64,000 nucleotides of DNA from Stylophora pistillata (Eukaryota), in contig NW_019218234.1 in NCBI RefSeq assembly GCF_002571385.2, positions 145,912-209,911 of the forward strand, written 5' to 3'. The notes beneath the pieces were generated by a model. The model searched no databases, had not been told where the DNA came from, and saw nothing but the letters and a program-made list of their open reading frames with translations. Shown one piece after another: positions 1 to 11,210 of this stretch. Positions within the stretch are counted from its first letter, which is position 1. Each line of letters starts with the position of its first letter. A program made the position numbers and the translations under genes.

Positions 1-2141
1 ATTGAAATTTTGCTTCCAGAGAAATACGAATGTACTCTCACTGACGAAGAGCGTCGACAACGGTGACATGTCCGGTTGAAAAGTTAAGTTTAAGCTATAT
101 AGGTACGTCCCGTTCCAAGAGTATAGATTTTGACCATCTCGGTCTGAAATAGGGTGTTGTTTTTTAATTTGAAGCCCTTCTCAAGAGTTTACGAAAACCG
201 TTAACAAACTGTTATCGCAAATCCCGGGTCCACCCCAACTGGTCTGAAATAGTTGAAAGCTATCGAATTTTAGCTCAGGTCGGCAGGGAAAATTTGTAGT
301 TAGATTAATTAAAATTGGAATTGAAATTACTTACCAAATGTATCCGTCCCCATTGCGCAGATGGCGAATGAGACGCATTGCATTCCTACAATTCGCGCAG
401 TTGACATTTCTTTTCAGTAGTCTGTTCCTTTGCAACCAAGTTAGAAGGCGGAGTTTTTCTCTACTACGACAAAGAACTTCTCGAAAAAAGTGGGGCATTT
501 TAGGAAGCTTGGCTTTTGATATACAATGTAAATCGAATCCCTTTTAGCCTGCGTAGCTTGCGGTATTGTAAGCGCGCGCGAAATAAAGTTTTGCCGGCGA
601 AGCCCCCAGAAGTGAGCGGCGAAGCCGCGAGAAATACCGCCTGCCAGAGAACTTGGGTATTTTGAATGCCGCCCACCTTTATCGCCTCATTGACAAAGAT
701 TGACAGGCCACACTGATTCTCTTCCTGTGTGAAAACATGTATAGAACCTTTTAGAGTTTTGTTGAATCAGACTTTTGCTCTCACGAGCATGTCTAAGGGA
801 TTTTCTTCTTTTAAAGGATATGAGTGGTAGTTTTGTATTAAATGCCATTTTCTGTGTAAACCTTCTTTCAAGTTTGATACTGATCTGATTGCTGGTGTAG
901 TGTTACAAAAGATAAATCATCTTTTTTTAATTTCAACGAAACTCCTTTTTGGCGAGTTTGATTTCTGATAGTAGTTTTGCTACCAAGGTTGGAGCCAGGT
1001 TGAACCTTCCGTTGAATAATACGCAAAGAGTCGCCGCATTGCGTCGCCTTACGAGCTGTAGGTATGGTCGGGCTGGAGCATACTGTGTGTCAAACAACCC
1101 CAGTACCCATCTCACTCTTGGAGGCCGACGGGAACAGCATGACAGCCCTTGAAGTACGTGTGCAGGACTTTGATAAACCACGAACAGCGAGAGGCACCAT
1201 GTCGCAAAATCCCCCATTGCTCTTGTACTTCATGACCGAGACCAATGATCAGAACGTATTTTCATAATCATTCAGGTACAATGAAATAAGCCCAGTATTG
1301 CAGGCCCAAAGGAAAAACTACTAACAAGAAAAATTGAAATTGCCTGGAAACGCAAACTGAAATTGATATAAGTTTTGCATCTGTTCTTTGTTCACAAAAT
1401 CCAACACCCAAGTTTGCGGCAAAAAAGTAATTAGCGCGGAAGATAAGTCCTTTGAAGAGTTCGCAAGTAATTGAACCATGTAACTTTTACACTTTTGTAA
1501 TGTGAGAATTTCAGACAGAAGAAATTTTCTTGGAGACATGCCACTTTCCCACACTCCATGATATCGACCCCAAGAGCGACACGGGATAAATGTATATAAC
1601 TCTCAGCGAAGAGGATTCGTTGCAGTTGCATTAGGTGTATTCGAGAACATTAAAGCGTTATGGCTGCACGACAAAAGACATGTATGACACTCTGATGGAC
1701 TGCCCTTACCGCTGCGAGTTTTGCGGCGTATCGGTGAAAAATTGTGAGTGCCATGATTCTAGTATTGTAAGCAGCGTTTTGGCGTTGGAGATCCCTGAAA
1801 AGGAGGGCATAAGGACCGAAACGTCAACATCAACACCAGCACCGCCACAAGCAGCCCGTGAGAAACGTAAAGGAAGTACCGATGACTTATAAGCAAACTA
1901 TCCCTAATTATAGATTTCGTTTGCAAATAGTATATGCAGTAAAATATATGGATTATTGGAGGAAAAATATAGATAGCTATGGCCGTCGTGCAAGATTTAA
2001 AATCGAAATTTATCCTTATCAGTTTGTGGAATTATGAACAGGCGAACTAGTCTATAAATGGAGCAAAATTATAGATAGCCACTAACTCCCTAACGAATAG
2101 GCCTTATTTCTTACTTTCGTACTTTCTTATTGCATTTACAG

Positions 2142-4976
2142 GTGTGGGACAAGCAATAAAAGTGGACAAAAGAGGCCAGAAAAAACAGTGCCGGAAAAGA
2201 TATTCAAAGAAGCCAAGAATGACCTGCAGGCTGCTATGAAGCAATTGAAAAGATCGGAAGAAGTCAATAGGAAGAAGGAGGAGGATTATCAGGAAACGAT
2301 CGCTGCCTTGGAAAGACGCATCGAAGAACTTAAAGGTATGTAGAATTTTGTGCACGGTTTCTTGTCAACGCTATTGGTCCTATTGTCCGAGAGTATCTCT
2401 GAATTATGCATGATCATGTTTGTCGTGATTTGGCGCTATTTGGTGTGTAAGACTATTATTTCGATGCTTAGACTATATTTTCGCCTGCTGACAGGTGCTA
2501 GAAAGGGAAGGGAGAACAGTAGGAATTGGACGCGGGGAAAAAGTGTAAACATTGTTGGGAAATCAAAAATTTTGAAATTCGGCGTTCTTTAACAGGAAAA
2601 TATCTCTTTTCAATTTATTACATCTATCTTTCTACTTTGGAAAAGTTGCGCGCAATGTTTCCTGCAACAATTCTGGGGTGGACATACCTTGCAACATCGC
2701 TCAAAGAGGGGGTCATAAAGGGGGTCCCCGCATAAATACGTTAAAACAGTAATACCGCATCGAGTTTTATCAGAATGCACGGAAACCGCAAACCGCATAG
2801 TCTTGTAAAACTACAAAACCGCAATATAAAACGAAAATGTTCGCAAAACCGCATCCAAAATACCGCAAAAATCGCATCACCGCAAACTCTTATGCCCCCT
2901 CCTCAAAACTTCAAATGTTGCATTTTCTGTTCACCGCAGGATGGTTGCACACCAAAATGGAGCGCCAGTTATCCGAATTAAAAAGACAGAGTATTTAGTA
3001 GAGATGTAACACGCTGCAACTTCGTTGTCAACGATGCGAAGATGCGGTGTAGAACAGAGATGCTCAGGGGCGTAGATACCACATACGCACGTCCGCATGT
3101 GTGTACGGCTGAAATCTGAGAATTTCTTTTCAATCTGACAACAACATTATTTTCTATTGCCTGAACGCGTTCTTATCTTTAGATTGGCTGATTTGAATTT
3201 ATTTCATATATTGTTTCTTTTTTATTTCAGTTGGCTGATAGATAAATTAAAATAAACAACTAACTACTGCGTTTCACTGAAGTATTTATTTCTTGTAATA
3301 TCCCACGGAAGATGCAGGAAATGGCATTTCCGCCAAAATTTGAACATTTACAGACCCCCCCTAGTGGGGAGCCTCTGCCACTCAAAATAGTACCCTTCGG
3401 CGTATAGTTACAAAATCGCTAGCTACGCCCCTGATGCTTTCAGGGTCTTTCTGTGATGCATGCTGCTCTTGATTCAACACTGCCGTTTAGTTTCCCTCAA
3501 GCTAAACGCACCGCACTTTTCGAAAACAAAAATACGCCTTAAAAACATTGCAAAGTTAAGCGTATCAGGAATTTTTAATCGACAATTGCAAATTCTATCG
3601 TGGTCTAATAGTTTGGCCAAATGCTAAAGAAACCATTTTATTCGATCCTCAAACCGTACATGCAACTGAAAATGCAATATTTTTTGTACAGTTGGTTAGC
3701 ACGGGCAAGAGTGAACAAAAATCAGCTGCAACTGAAAGGGACACTGACGATGGGACAGACCAAACGTCTGATACTGACATTGGGGACGACGATTTCATCG
3801 AGGACGATAATTGGGAAAAGGAAACAAAAGACTATGAAGAAGGAGCAGAGTGTGCTAAAAAAAAAGACTAAAGGTTAGTTCGTGCGCATGACTGAACAAT
3901 TAGTGGATCGTGGCTGATTTATATACGAGTCGAATCCAATGACACTTCCCCCCGGGTATTTGACTTGCTCTTAAATAAACTGGTCAAAATCTCCAGTGTT
4001 CGGGGCCACAATATCTTCCACACTTTGCAGACTAAGGATTACCTTAAAATCGATTTTGAAGTTTTGATCATTAATTTGCATGGCCGGGGAGGGGGAGACT
4101 CTCTGATACAAATGACGGGGTTGCTCGTGGGAAATTTTAAATTTACCCCTAAAGGAGACCAATCTGGGCGTGGCTCTAGGTTTATGGACCCCTAAAAGAT
4201 ACCAATTTTTAGCTGTAGGTATCTTGATTTCCTTTTTCAACGACTTAGACAACCAAAACTGAATGACAGCGGGTTTCTTTATTGAAATTTATTCGCAAGC
4301 AGCCTCAAAAGATAGCTTGACGGCCAGAAATGTGAGATTTCACTCCTGAAAAACGTAAGCGAGACGACAATCCCTGATTTACCCCTAAGCAAGACGACGA
4401 TCGTCCCCGTCATTTTCATGAGAGTCCCTCCCCCCGGGTTTGCACGATTAGGATCATCCGTAGCCTGCTGTCTAGCATGCATACCGGAACAGAAAGGGGA
4501 GCGAGAGAGGGAATATCCCTCGCGTTTCGCACGCGTCCCACGCGCTCAATTGCGCCGTCAATAAGACCTGTTGACCAAACATGACCTTATCCCTGGGAAT
4601 CGATATTTTCCTTAGATAATGTCGTAGTCAAAACCCATTGTGATGTCAGGGAATAACCATATCACATTATAAACATTTAAATATTATTTCACAAACAAAA
4701 AAGGTTACATTCACCGATGACTGAAATTAAACTACTCCACTTTTTTTCAGAATTACCGATATCAGGATCAAATCTGGAAGGCATTCATCGAAGATATAAA
4801 GGCGTCCTCACAATTTTACAAAACCATCACTGTTCTTTAACAGAAGCTATGCGACGCTTTGGCATCGCACGAAACACGTTAAGAGACTACATCGGCTTGT
4901 GTGAACTCAAGAGCGTGGACCCCAAGAGATATGAAAGAATTCTGGCGACTGAGCGTGAGAAGACAGGGAAAACAAG
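2142..4976 (+). CDS. Partial spliced CCDC106-like gene (coiled coil, acidic linker, CCDC106-type C-terminal domain); possibly a pseudogene; truncated by the N gap
   Basis: AG/GT-bounded exons 2142-2335 (…KEAKNDLQAAMKQLKRSEE…ALERRIEELK) and 3692-3873 (acidic), plus an AG-preceded exon 4751-4976. The last reads GIHRRYKGVLTILQNHHCSLTEAMRRFGIARNTLRDYIGLCELKSVDP, resembling the CCDC106 pattern RYKKIL..F..SMS.AF….DRNT….IAEL. An A9 run at 3857-3865 is one base too long for the frame, and the phase between exons 1 and 2 needs a missing exon. Confidence 0.5.
2707..2900. mobile_element. MITE-like element with internal CCGCA repeats
   Basis: Imperfect terminal inverted repeats GAGGGGGTCATAA / TTATGCCCCCCTC; many ACCGCA units inside. 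Confidence 0.5.
3065..3433. mobile_element. Non-autonomous DNA transposon (MITE)
   Basis: 11-bp TIRs CAGGGGCGTAG / CTACGCCCCTG, flanked by the 5-bp direct repeat ATGCT (3060-3064 and 3434-3438). Confidence 0.75.
4084..4438. mobile_element. MITE-like element
   Basis: Imperfect TIRs CCGGGGAGGGGGAGACTCT…AAATGACGGGG / CCCCGTCATTTT…AGAGTCCCTCCCCCCGG. Confidence 0.6.
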
Positions 4977-5203
4977 NNNNNNNNNNNNNNNNNNNNNNNN
5001 NNNNNNNNNNNNNNNNNNNNNNNNNNNNNNNNNNNNNNNNNNNNNNNNNNNNNNNNNNNNNNNNNNNNNNNNNNNNNNNNNNNNNNNNNNNNNNNNNNNN
5101 NNNNNNNNNNNNNNNNNNNNNNNNNNNNNNNNNNNNNNNNNNNNNNNNNNNNNNNNNNNNNNNNNNNNNNNNNNNNNNNNNNNNNNNNNNNNNNNNNNNN
5201 NNN
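4977..5203. other. Assembly gap (227 N)
   Basis: Run of N. Confidence 1.
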
Positions 5204-5269
5204 CTTAAAACACGTCCATACGGTCGACAATAGGTAAAATGCCATTGAAGCATCACTTAAGTGTCAGTG

Positions 5270-5705
5270 AAGTATCGGTGAAGCATCGGCCAAGTGTCGA
5301 CCGAGTGTCGGCCAAGTGTCGGCCAAGTATCGGCCAAGTGTCGGTCAAATATCGACCGACTGTCGACCGATATGTCGACCGACTATCGGCCAACATACAT
5401 CGATCGACATATCGACCAACATGCCGGTTGACAGTCTGCCGACAGTCGGTCGACCGACTGTCGACCGACTGTCGACCGACTGTCGACCGACTGTCGACCG
5501 ACTGTCGGCCGACTGTCGACCGACTGTCGACCGACTGTCGACCGACTGTCGACCTACTGTCGACCTACTGTCGACCTACTGTTGACCGACTGTCGACCAC
5601 TATGGCGACCGACATGTCGACCGACATGTCAACATGACCGACATGACCGACATGTCGACATGGTGACCGACATGTCGGTCGCCAGGTCGGTCGACATGTC
5701 GGCTG
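5270..5705. repeat. 11-bp minisatellite (CTGTCGACCGA)n with degenerate 11-12-bp variants
   Basis: Near-perfect CTGTCGACCGA units at about 5447-5598, with degenerate CGGCCAAGTGT and CGACATGT variants on the flanks; explains the repetitive ORFs in 5239-5797. Confidence 0.9.
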
Positions 5706-7384
5706 ACACTAACTATAGTAAAATTGATCCCGCATTTTTAAGAAAAAAATCCTTAATTCAAGGTATCTGGAAACATACAAACTTAACAGTGCACTAATAA
5801 CATACGCATACACAGTGCGAGTTACACCATTAAAGAAACAGCATATCGATTGATTGAACTTATGCTTGAGCTTCTTTCAATGCAGTTCCCAGTTGTGAAC
5901 CACTTTCCAACGTTGATACAGCTCCAGGAATACCAAACAAGCCTCAAACAAGTCACTTTACGAGCAGTTGGCCGTGAGCGATACTTCCATATCGGACTAT
6001 CGGCGAGAAGCGACTCGAGTCATTTGAGCCCGCGGTTGAATTACCAAAAGATCAGCGTTTTAAATGTAAAATTTATATTTACATAAAGTTTCAACTTAAG
6101 GTGTGAGGGAGTATCCGTGGCCTTACGGTATAACGCAAGGTGATCCATGAGATTTTCAGGGTGGCGACGTGGGTGGTTCAAATCCGCCGTTCTCAAGTAA
6201 ATCACGGGTTTTGCCTAACTTCCTTCTTTGTTTTCTTTTTCGGACACAATAATCATTTTCCTGGATGCATACATTTAAAAATAGAAGTATTGATGCCATA
6301 AATGAAATATACGCTGCAAGAGATAAAAGTGTATTCGGAGATTGGGCAAGATTGCAATTAATATTCACAATTGAAAAACGTATACTTTTTTACTCTTTCA
6401 AGATTATCATTGGCTTCTTTTTCACTCCAACACTATTCTTAGCGACAAAAGTCGCCATTTCGTTTGTTTATCACTCGCCAAAAACTATCAAATGCATTCA
6501 AAAGCCTAAACTAGGAAAAGGTTGCAGGAATCGACCAATCGAGCGAGCGAGCGAGCGCCATTCATCACGTCATACCTACAACTCGCTCTTGCGCATGCGC
6601 GCAATTCACGAGTTAAAAAGGTCTAACTTTAACTGATCGCGACTCCTTATATATCTTTTACAAAATGTTCTAGAATGTTTTAGGGATCTGTAATGAAACT
6701 ATTCTTAGTATCATTACATTACTATTGCATCATAACAAAATATGCTAACTAAGGATTTTAGAAAGTTCCATTAAAAGTTCTCAATGAGTCAGCATGACTA
6801 AGCGTTCTAGAAACTTCTTCAGTTCTATTTTCAGCAATTCCGTAACGTAACGCATTCTCCATAACACTTGCTATTGTTGTTGTTGCTGCTTTTTACTTTG
6901 CAATGGAGCTTTGGAATGTGGATAATATTGCAAATACAGAGAACTGGTCAGCACTGGAAATATTCCCTCATGTGTGGCTTGTCAGCCTTTATTCATGTGT
7001 GGCTTGGGCTCTCTCGCGAAGTTTTTTACATTGGGTAAAATATTTCCTCGTGACAGTTTACAGCCTGAGCATTCACTCCTTCTTGTTGTTCAGCTTACCA
7101 AAATAGGAAAGCTTTTAACACTACTGTAGTTTCGTAAGAAATCATCCTTAGGAAAGTTTCTCCCGGTACATCGAGATGACTATAAGTAATCTGCATCAAT
7201 CGATTACATCCCGCATCATTTAAGGCCCTTTACTAATTAATCAAATTTAAAGCAAGTCCATTCAAGCAAATAAAATAGATGTAGTTGGGATCGATTTGGT
7301 TTCCTGGGCTTTTAATTGCGCATGTAGGCTCCTGACCAACTAGACAAATTGAAAGTATGTCCTTTGAAAGAAATGAAATAATTA

Positions 7385-8520
7385 TAGTTTGGATCAGTTT
7401 TTTTTTCCAGGGCAATTTATTGAAACTTCAAGGGAATCAAAAACTTTGGCGCTAATTTTATTTCAGGATTATAAAACATTGTCGTTAATTTTACTTGGCT
7501 TTTCGTTGTTCGACGGCGGAAATTGCGAGATTGCCTGTGTCTTTAACAAAGAAAAGCACACCGACACCTTTGTAGCCTTGTATTGTTTCGCTGTCACTTT
7601 TTTAAATGTGAAAATTACAAATTGCATATATTTCACTCCTACATTCGACTTTGAATAGTACGTTTGCTGATAAGAAACTTTTTTGAATCCACTCTAATCT
7701 CTACTATTCCTAGCTATTCTTGTTCCTTAGAGCGAGAAACTAGTTTGGTTTCCAGAGACAGCTCATTTTGAGACAGGTGACTCAAAAGGTTTTGCGTTAG
7801 CGCTAAGGTTAGGACTAAGTTTGAAAACAGTACAAATGCATGTTGTATTAGAATTAATTATAGACTTGATCTGCTTGTTTTCCAGGGCAATTTATTGAAA
7901 CCTATAGGTGGTTTGCAACCAATCTCTAGAGACACAGGTAGCAATATTGAAAGGAACAAATGCTGGTGGGCGAACAAAAGGAGCTAATGAGATATCTATT
8001 GTTTACGTCCACTAACATAGCGGCAATGACGTAGCGTGCAAACCACCTATAGGAGATCAAAAACATTGGCGCTAATTTTATTTTCAGATTATCAAAAATT
8101 GCCGTTAATTTTATTTGCGTCTCCCTTGTTCAACGGTGGATATTGTGAGATTGCAGATGTTTCTGACAAACTAAAACAACCCTGACTCCTTTGCAGCCTT
8201 GTATTGTTTCGCTGTTATTTTTTTTTTAATTGTGAAAATCGCAAATTGCATATATTTCATTCCTACGTATTAAGAAGCATTTGACTTTGAATAGTACGTT
8301 TGCTCAATAAGAACAATTCTTAAATCCGCTCTAATCTTTACTGTTCCTAGCCATCCTTATTCCTTAAAGCGAAAAGCTAGTTTGGTTTCCAGATTGAGTT
8401 TATTTGGAGACAGGTGACTCAGAACATTTTGCGTTAGCGCTAACATTAGGAGTAAGCTTAAGATTAGGACTAAGCTTGAAAACAGTACAAATGCGTGTTG
8501 TTTTAAAACAAAATTAAATC
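7385..8520. repeat. Diverged tandem duplication (about 475-bp unit); the second copy carries a MITE
   Basis: TTCCAGGGCAATTTATTGAAAC near 7405 and 7880; TTTGAATAGTACGTTTGCT, AGACAGGTGACTCA and TTGAAAACAGTACAAATGC each occur twice in the same order. Confidence 0.8.
7902..8052. mobile_element. MITE (AGGTGGTTTGCA family)
   Basis: 16-bp perfect inverted ends CTATAGGTGGTTTGCA / TGCAAACCACCTATAG; absent from the first copy of the duplication; a related copy is split around 53775-55832. Confidence 0.8.
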
Positions 8521-8609
8521 CGTTCTTGACTTTCTTTATATGTATAAACACCATCACACTTGAAGGTTTCATTATCGTTGCTGCTTATCACGACTTTTTC
8601 TAAATGCGA

Positions 8610-8892
8610 TGGCTCCTCAAAAGCCGTTAATCAGTTCTCCGAGGTTTCTGTAATTCTGTAACCACCAGAGCCGTGAAGGTTAAACGCTTTTGCGTTTCAA
8701 AACGTAGAGCATATCCATTGCGGTAGCGGTCTTTCGTTTAGCATGATGGGCGCAGTTCACAGCATCAGGGATATCTTTTTCCGAGAAAACACAAAAATTG
8801 CCCAGAAATGCAATGAACACCGTCCTGCCCCGTCGGATTGCTGGCTTCATGATCATGATTGCCTGGATGTTGTCTCGTAGGATGTTTCCATA
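8610..8892 (-). pseudogene. H4: Histone H4 pseudogene (orphon) with remnant 3' stem-loop
   Basis: Minus-strand frames give ILRDNIQAI..KPAIRR, GVHCISG, VFSEKDIPDAVNCAHHAKRKTATAMDMLYVLKRK and LHGSGG. H4 has VLRDNIQGITKPAIRR…[34 protein letters not shown]…LYGFGG. Frameshifts are present. AACGGCTTTTGAGGAGCCA lies about 30 nt downstream. Confidence 0.85.
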
Positions 8893-10039
8893 GCCCCCCT
8901 TAAAGCTTAACTATATAAATATATATAACTCAACTATAACTATAACTTAACTTAGCTTAACTATATAAATACTTATACTAGAAATACCTTAATGGCAGAA
9001 TGCACTAACCAAAAGTCTTTAAGCTGATATCGTTGTATGGCTTGGTAAAATGCTAGTAGATAGGGGGCTACTTTCTTCGGATAAAGGTGAAGTCCTTGGA
9101 GAAAAATCCGGGGCTATGTCATACATCTAAGGATGAAATTTCATGATATATTTTTGGTAGCATAAGAGTTCATTGTGGATTTATAGTGGTTAGGGTTAGG
9201 GTTACAATGCTCAATAAAATTGCATTAAGAGAGTTTAATAATGTAAAACTGCGTTTCGTAAGAGAAGTGAAATCTCGCGTCAAAGTCGGTTCTTTGCTGT
9301 TTTCTCCGCTTGACCTAAAACGTTACATCATCATTTTTTCATCATTTGAATCTATACCTTACTACCTTTACATCAAAAGCAATGGAGAAATTTTCTGAGA
9401 GAAGTCGTTATCTTTTTTGTATTCATCTCCGATGTGGATCACGATTTTCTTACTATCCTCTGTGACCTATCTTCGATCGTGTCTAAAACACCCCGAGTAC
9501 ATGATGCAAGTAATTTTAAAAATAGAGGATTTCACTCTCGTACCAGTATCTGTACGCTTTCGTATGCGCTCGTCTGTCACTCGTATGCCACTCGTAGAAC
9601 TCGTGGGGTGTTTAAGTGACGATCGCTATCTTCCGGAGTTAAGGTTGACTTGATACCAACATCATCACCAAAGTCAGTGGAATCAGCGGTCAGAATACTC
9701 GACCCCAAACATGCAGACGCTTTTAGTGGAGCGCTTAGCCAAACTAACCAGACCAAACAAACAGCCAAACTACCAACAGCCAAACTACCAACAGCCAAAC
9801 TACCAGACCGTAACATCATGAAGCTTAAACGACTGAAAGCACAGGTAGCCCATGCTCACACAATAAGCCCTGTAAATATCTAAATATGTTATGTCGCACA
9901 ATGGGCGGGATGTAAGGGTTTAAGTGGGAATAAACGGTCGCATTCTTAAACTAGCTGGAAAGAAATTCAACTTCGCCACGCTTTAGTACTTTTCCCTTTG
10001 AGTCTTGGGGGTTTTAGTGATTCTGGAGGTAAAAGCAAT

Positions 10040-10420
10040 GGCTGGATGTTGCCGGTACGGGTAAGTGACGTTTCTACAATCTTAGCGGAAGTCATCTTAT
10101 GAGTTAACTGTAAAGTTGTTATCAGTCGAATGCTGAAAGTGCGTTTGTCGTGAGCTGATCGGTCAGTTTTGTGGTAAGATGAAGTGGTGTAAGGTGGTAG
10201 TGATTGGTAATTTTTATTTTTCGCTTGGTAATCTTAGGTTGTTCAGATTGGTTAACTTGTTTTTTGCAAATGTACCCATCACTCCGCTACGCCATTTTCC
10301 AATCAACAGAGACGAACCGAACAACAAGATCAAGTGCTCCGACCGCCACATCTCCTTCATCGGGGAGACCGCCAAGTGCTTCAAATAAGACTGATTAAAG
10401 TCGACAGACGAAACTCAGAG
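10040..10420. mobile_element. Penelope-like element remnants (GIY-YIG fragment, degenerate hammerhead motifs)
   Basis: Plus frame PITPLRH…DEPNNKIKCSDRHISFIGET resembles the PLE GIY-YIG motif YKIKCxxCxxxYIGET; CTGATTAAAGTCGACAGACGAAAC at 10391-10414; minus-strand AAGATGACTTCCGCTAAGATTGTAGAAACGTCA near 10064-10100. Confidence 0.65.
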
Positions 10421-10509
10421 GATATCCGCAGGATATGAGGGGGATAACTGTTTCATTATTCAACACATTGATCGCAAAGTGCTAGATAGATAGCTCTATT
10501 GAAAATCAC

Positions 10510-11210
10510 ATGGCAGCCCACTAAGGCTGAATTGCATGATTATTTACAATACAATACTGGCTAAGATTATCAATTATATTTACAGAGCATATTATTTACA
10601 AGAATAATACAATGATAATACAGAACCCATTGCCTACACATGGCTGGTAAATATGTCTGGGAGAAACGCTTGGTGCACATCATTGGGTTGAAAAACTGAC
10701 TTTGATTTCTAAGGTTATAAGTAATATGGTTCTTCGGTGGCAAAAAATGACGAGGCGTGTGCTCGGTATTGGACACTATTGGTTCGAAAATTTTATTTCA
10801 TAGCTCGATACGTCTATCCTTCAGTGAGTTCAGGTTAAACAATGAAAAGTTGTAGCGATATCATGATAGGCCTGGTCAAATTACAGACATGGCACGTTTT
10901 TGAACACGTCGTTGCTTAAATAATCAGGCAGTGCATGATGGTAAAGAGGGGCACAATATTCGAGTATAGGTCTAATATAAGTAAGATAGAAACTGATGAT
11001 ATCACGAGCCGGAACTTCGGCGCGCTTAAGCAATGTGAAAAAGAACATCCGCTTATTAGCCTTTTTTGGTACCTCAGAAATATAACAATTCCATCGGGGC
11101 TGGCTATTGTTACGCTTAATTTCATTTCACTATTTTGTGTAACTACAAATTTCAAGTAATCGAAATGGGTACCGAGAATTTGTGATAGTCCTTTAATATC
11201 GTTTCTAGTC
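10510..11210 (-). mobile_element. Decayed LINE (CR1/L2-like) 3' fragment
   Basis: Minus ORFs …ILGTHFDYLKF… and LPPKNHITYNLRN…CTKRFSQTYLP, typical of the end of a non-LTR ORF2. Confidence 0.55.

Noticed and set aside
2142-2335. Coiled-coil exon as an upstream spectrin-repeat exon of a long dystrophin
   Set aside because: No spectrin-repeat pattern; it fits better with the neighbouring CCDC106-like exons
4879-5256. ORFs spanning X residues
   Set aside because: Artefacts of the N gap
5239-5797. ORFs with repeated DCRPTVDRLST peptides
   Set aside because: They are translations of the 11-bp minisatellite
6105-6196. tRNA-like sequence with B box GGTTCAAATCC
   Set aside because: I could not fold a convincing cloverleaf or assign an anticodon; probably a repeat-derived remnant
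9188-9204. TTAGGG telomere-like repeat
   Set aside because: Fewer than 3 full units, interstitial, no supporting structure
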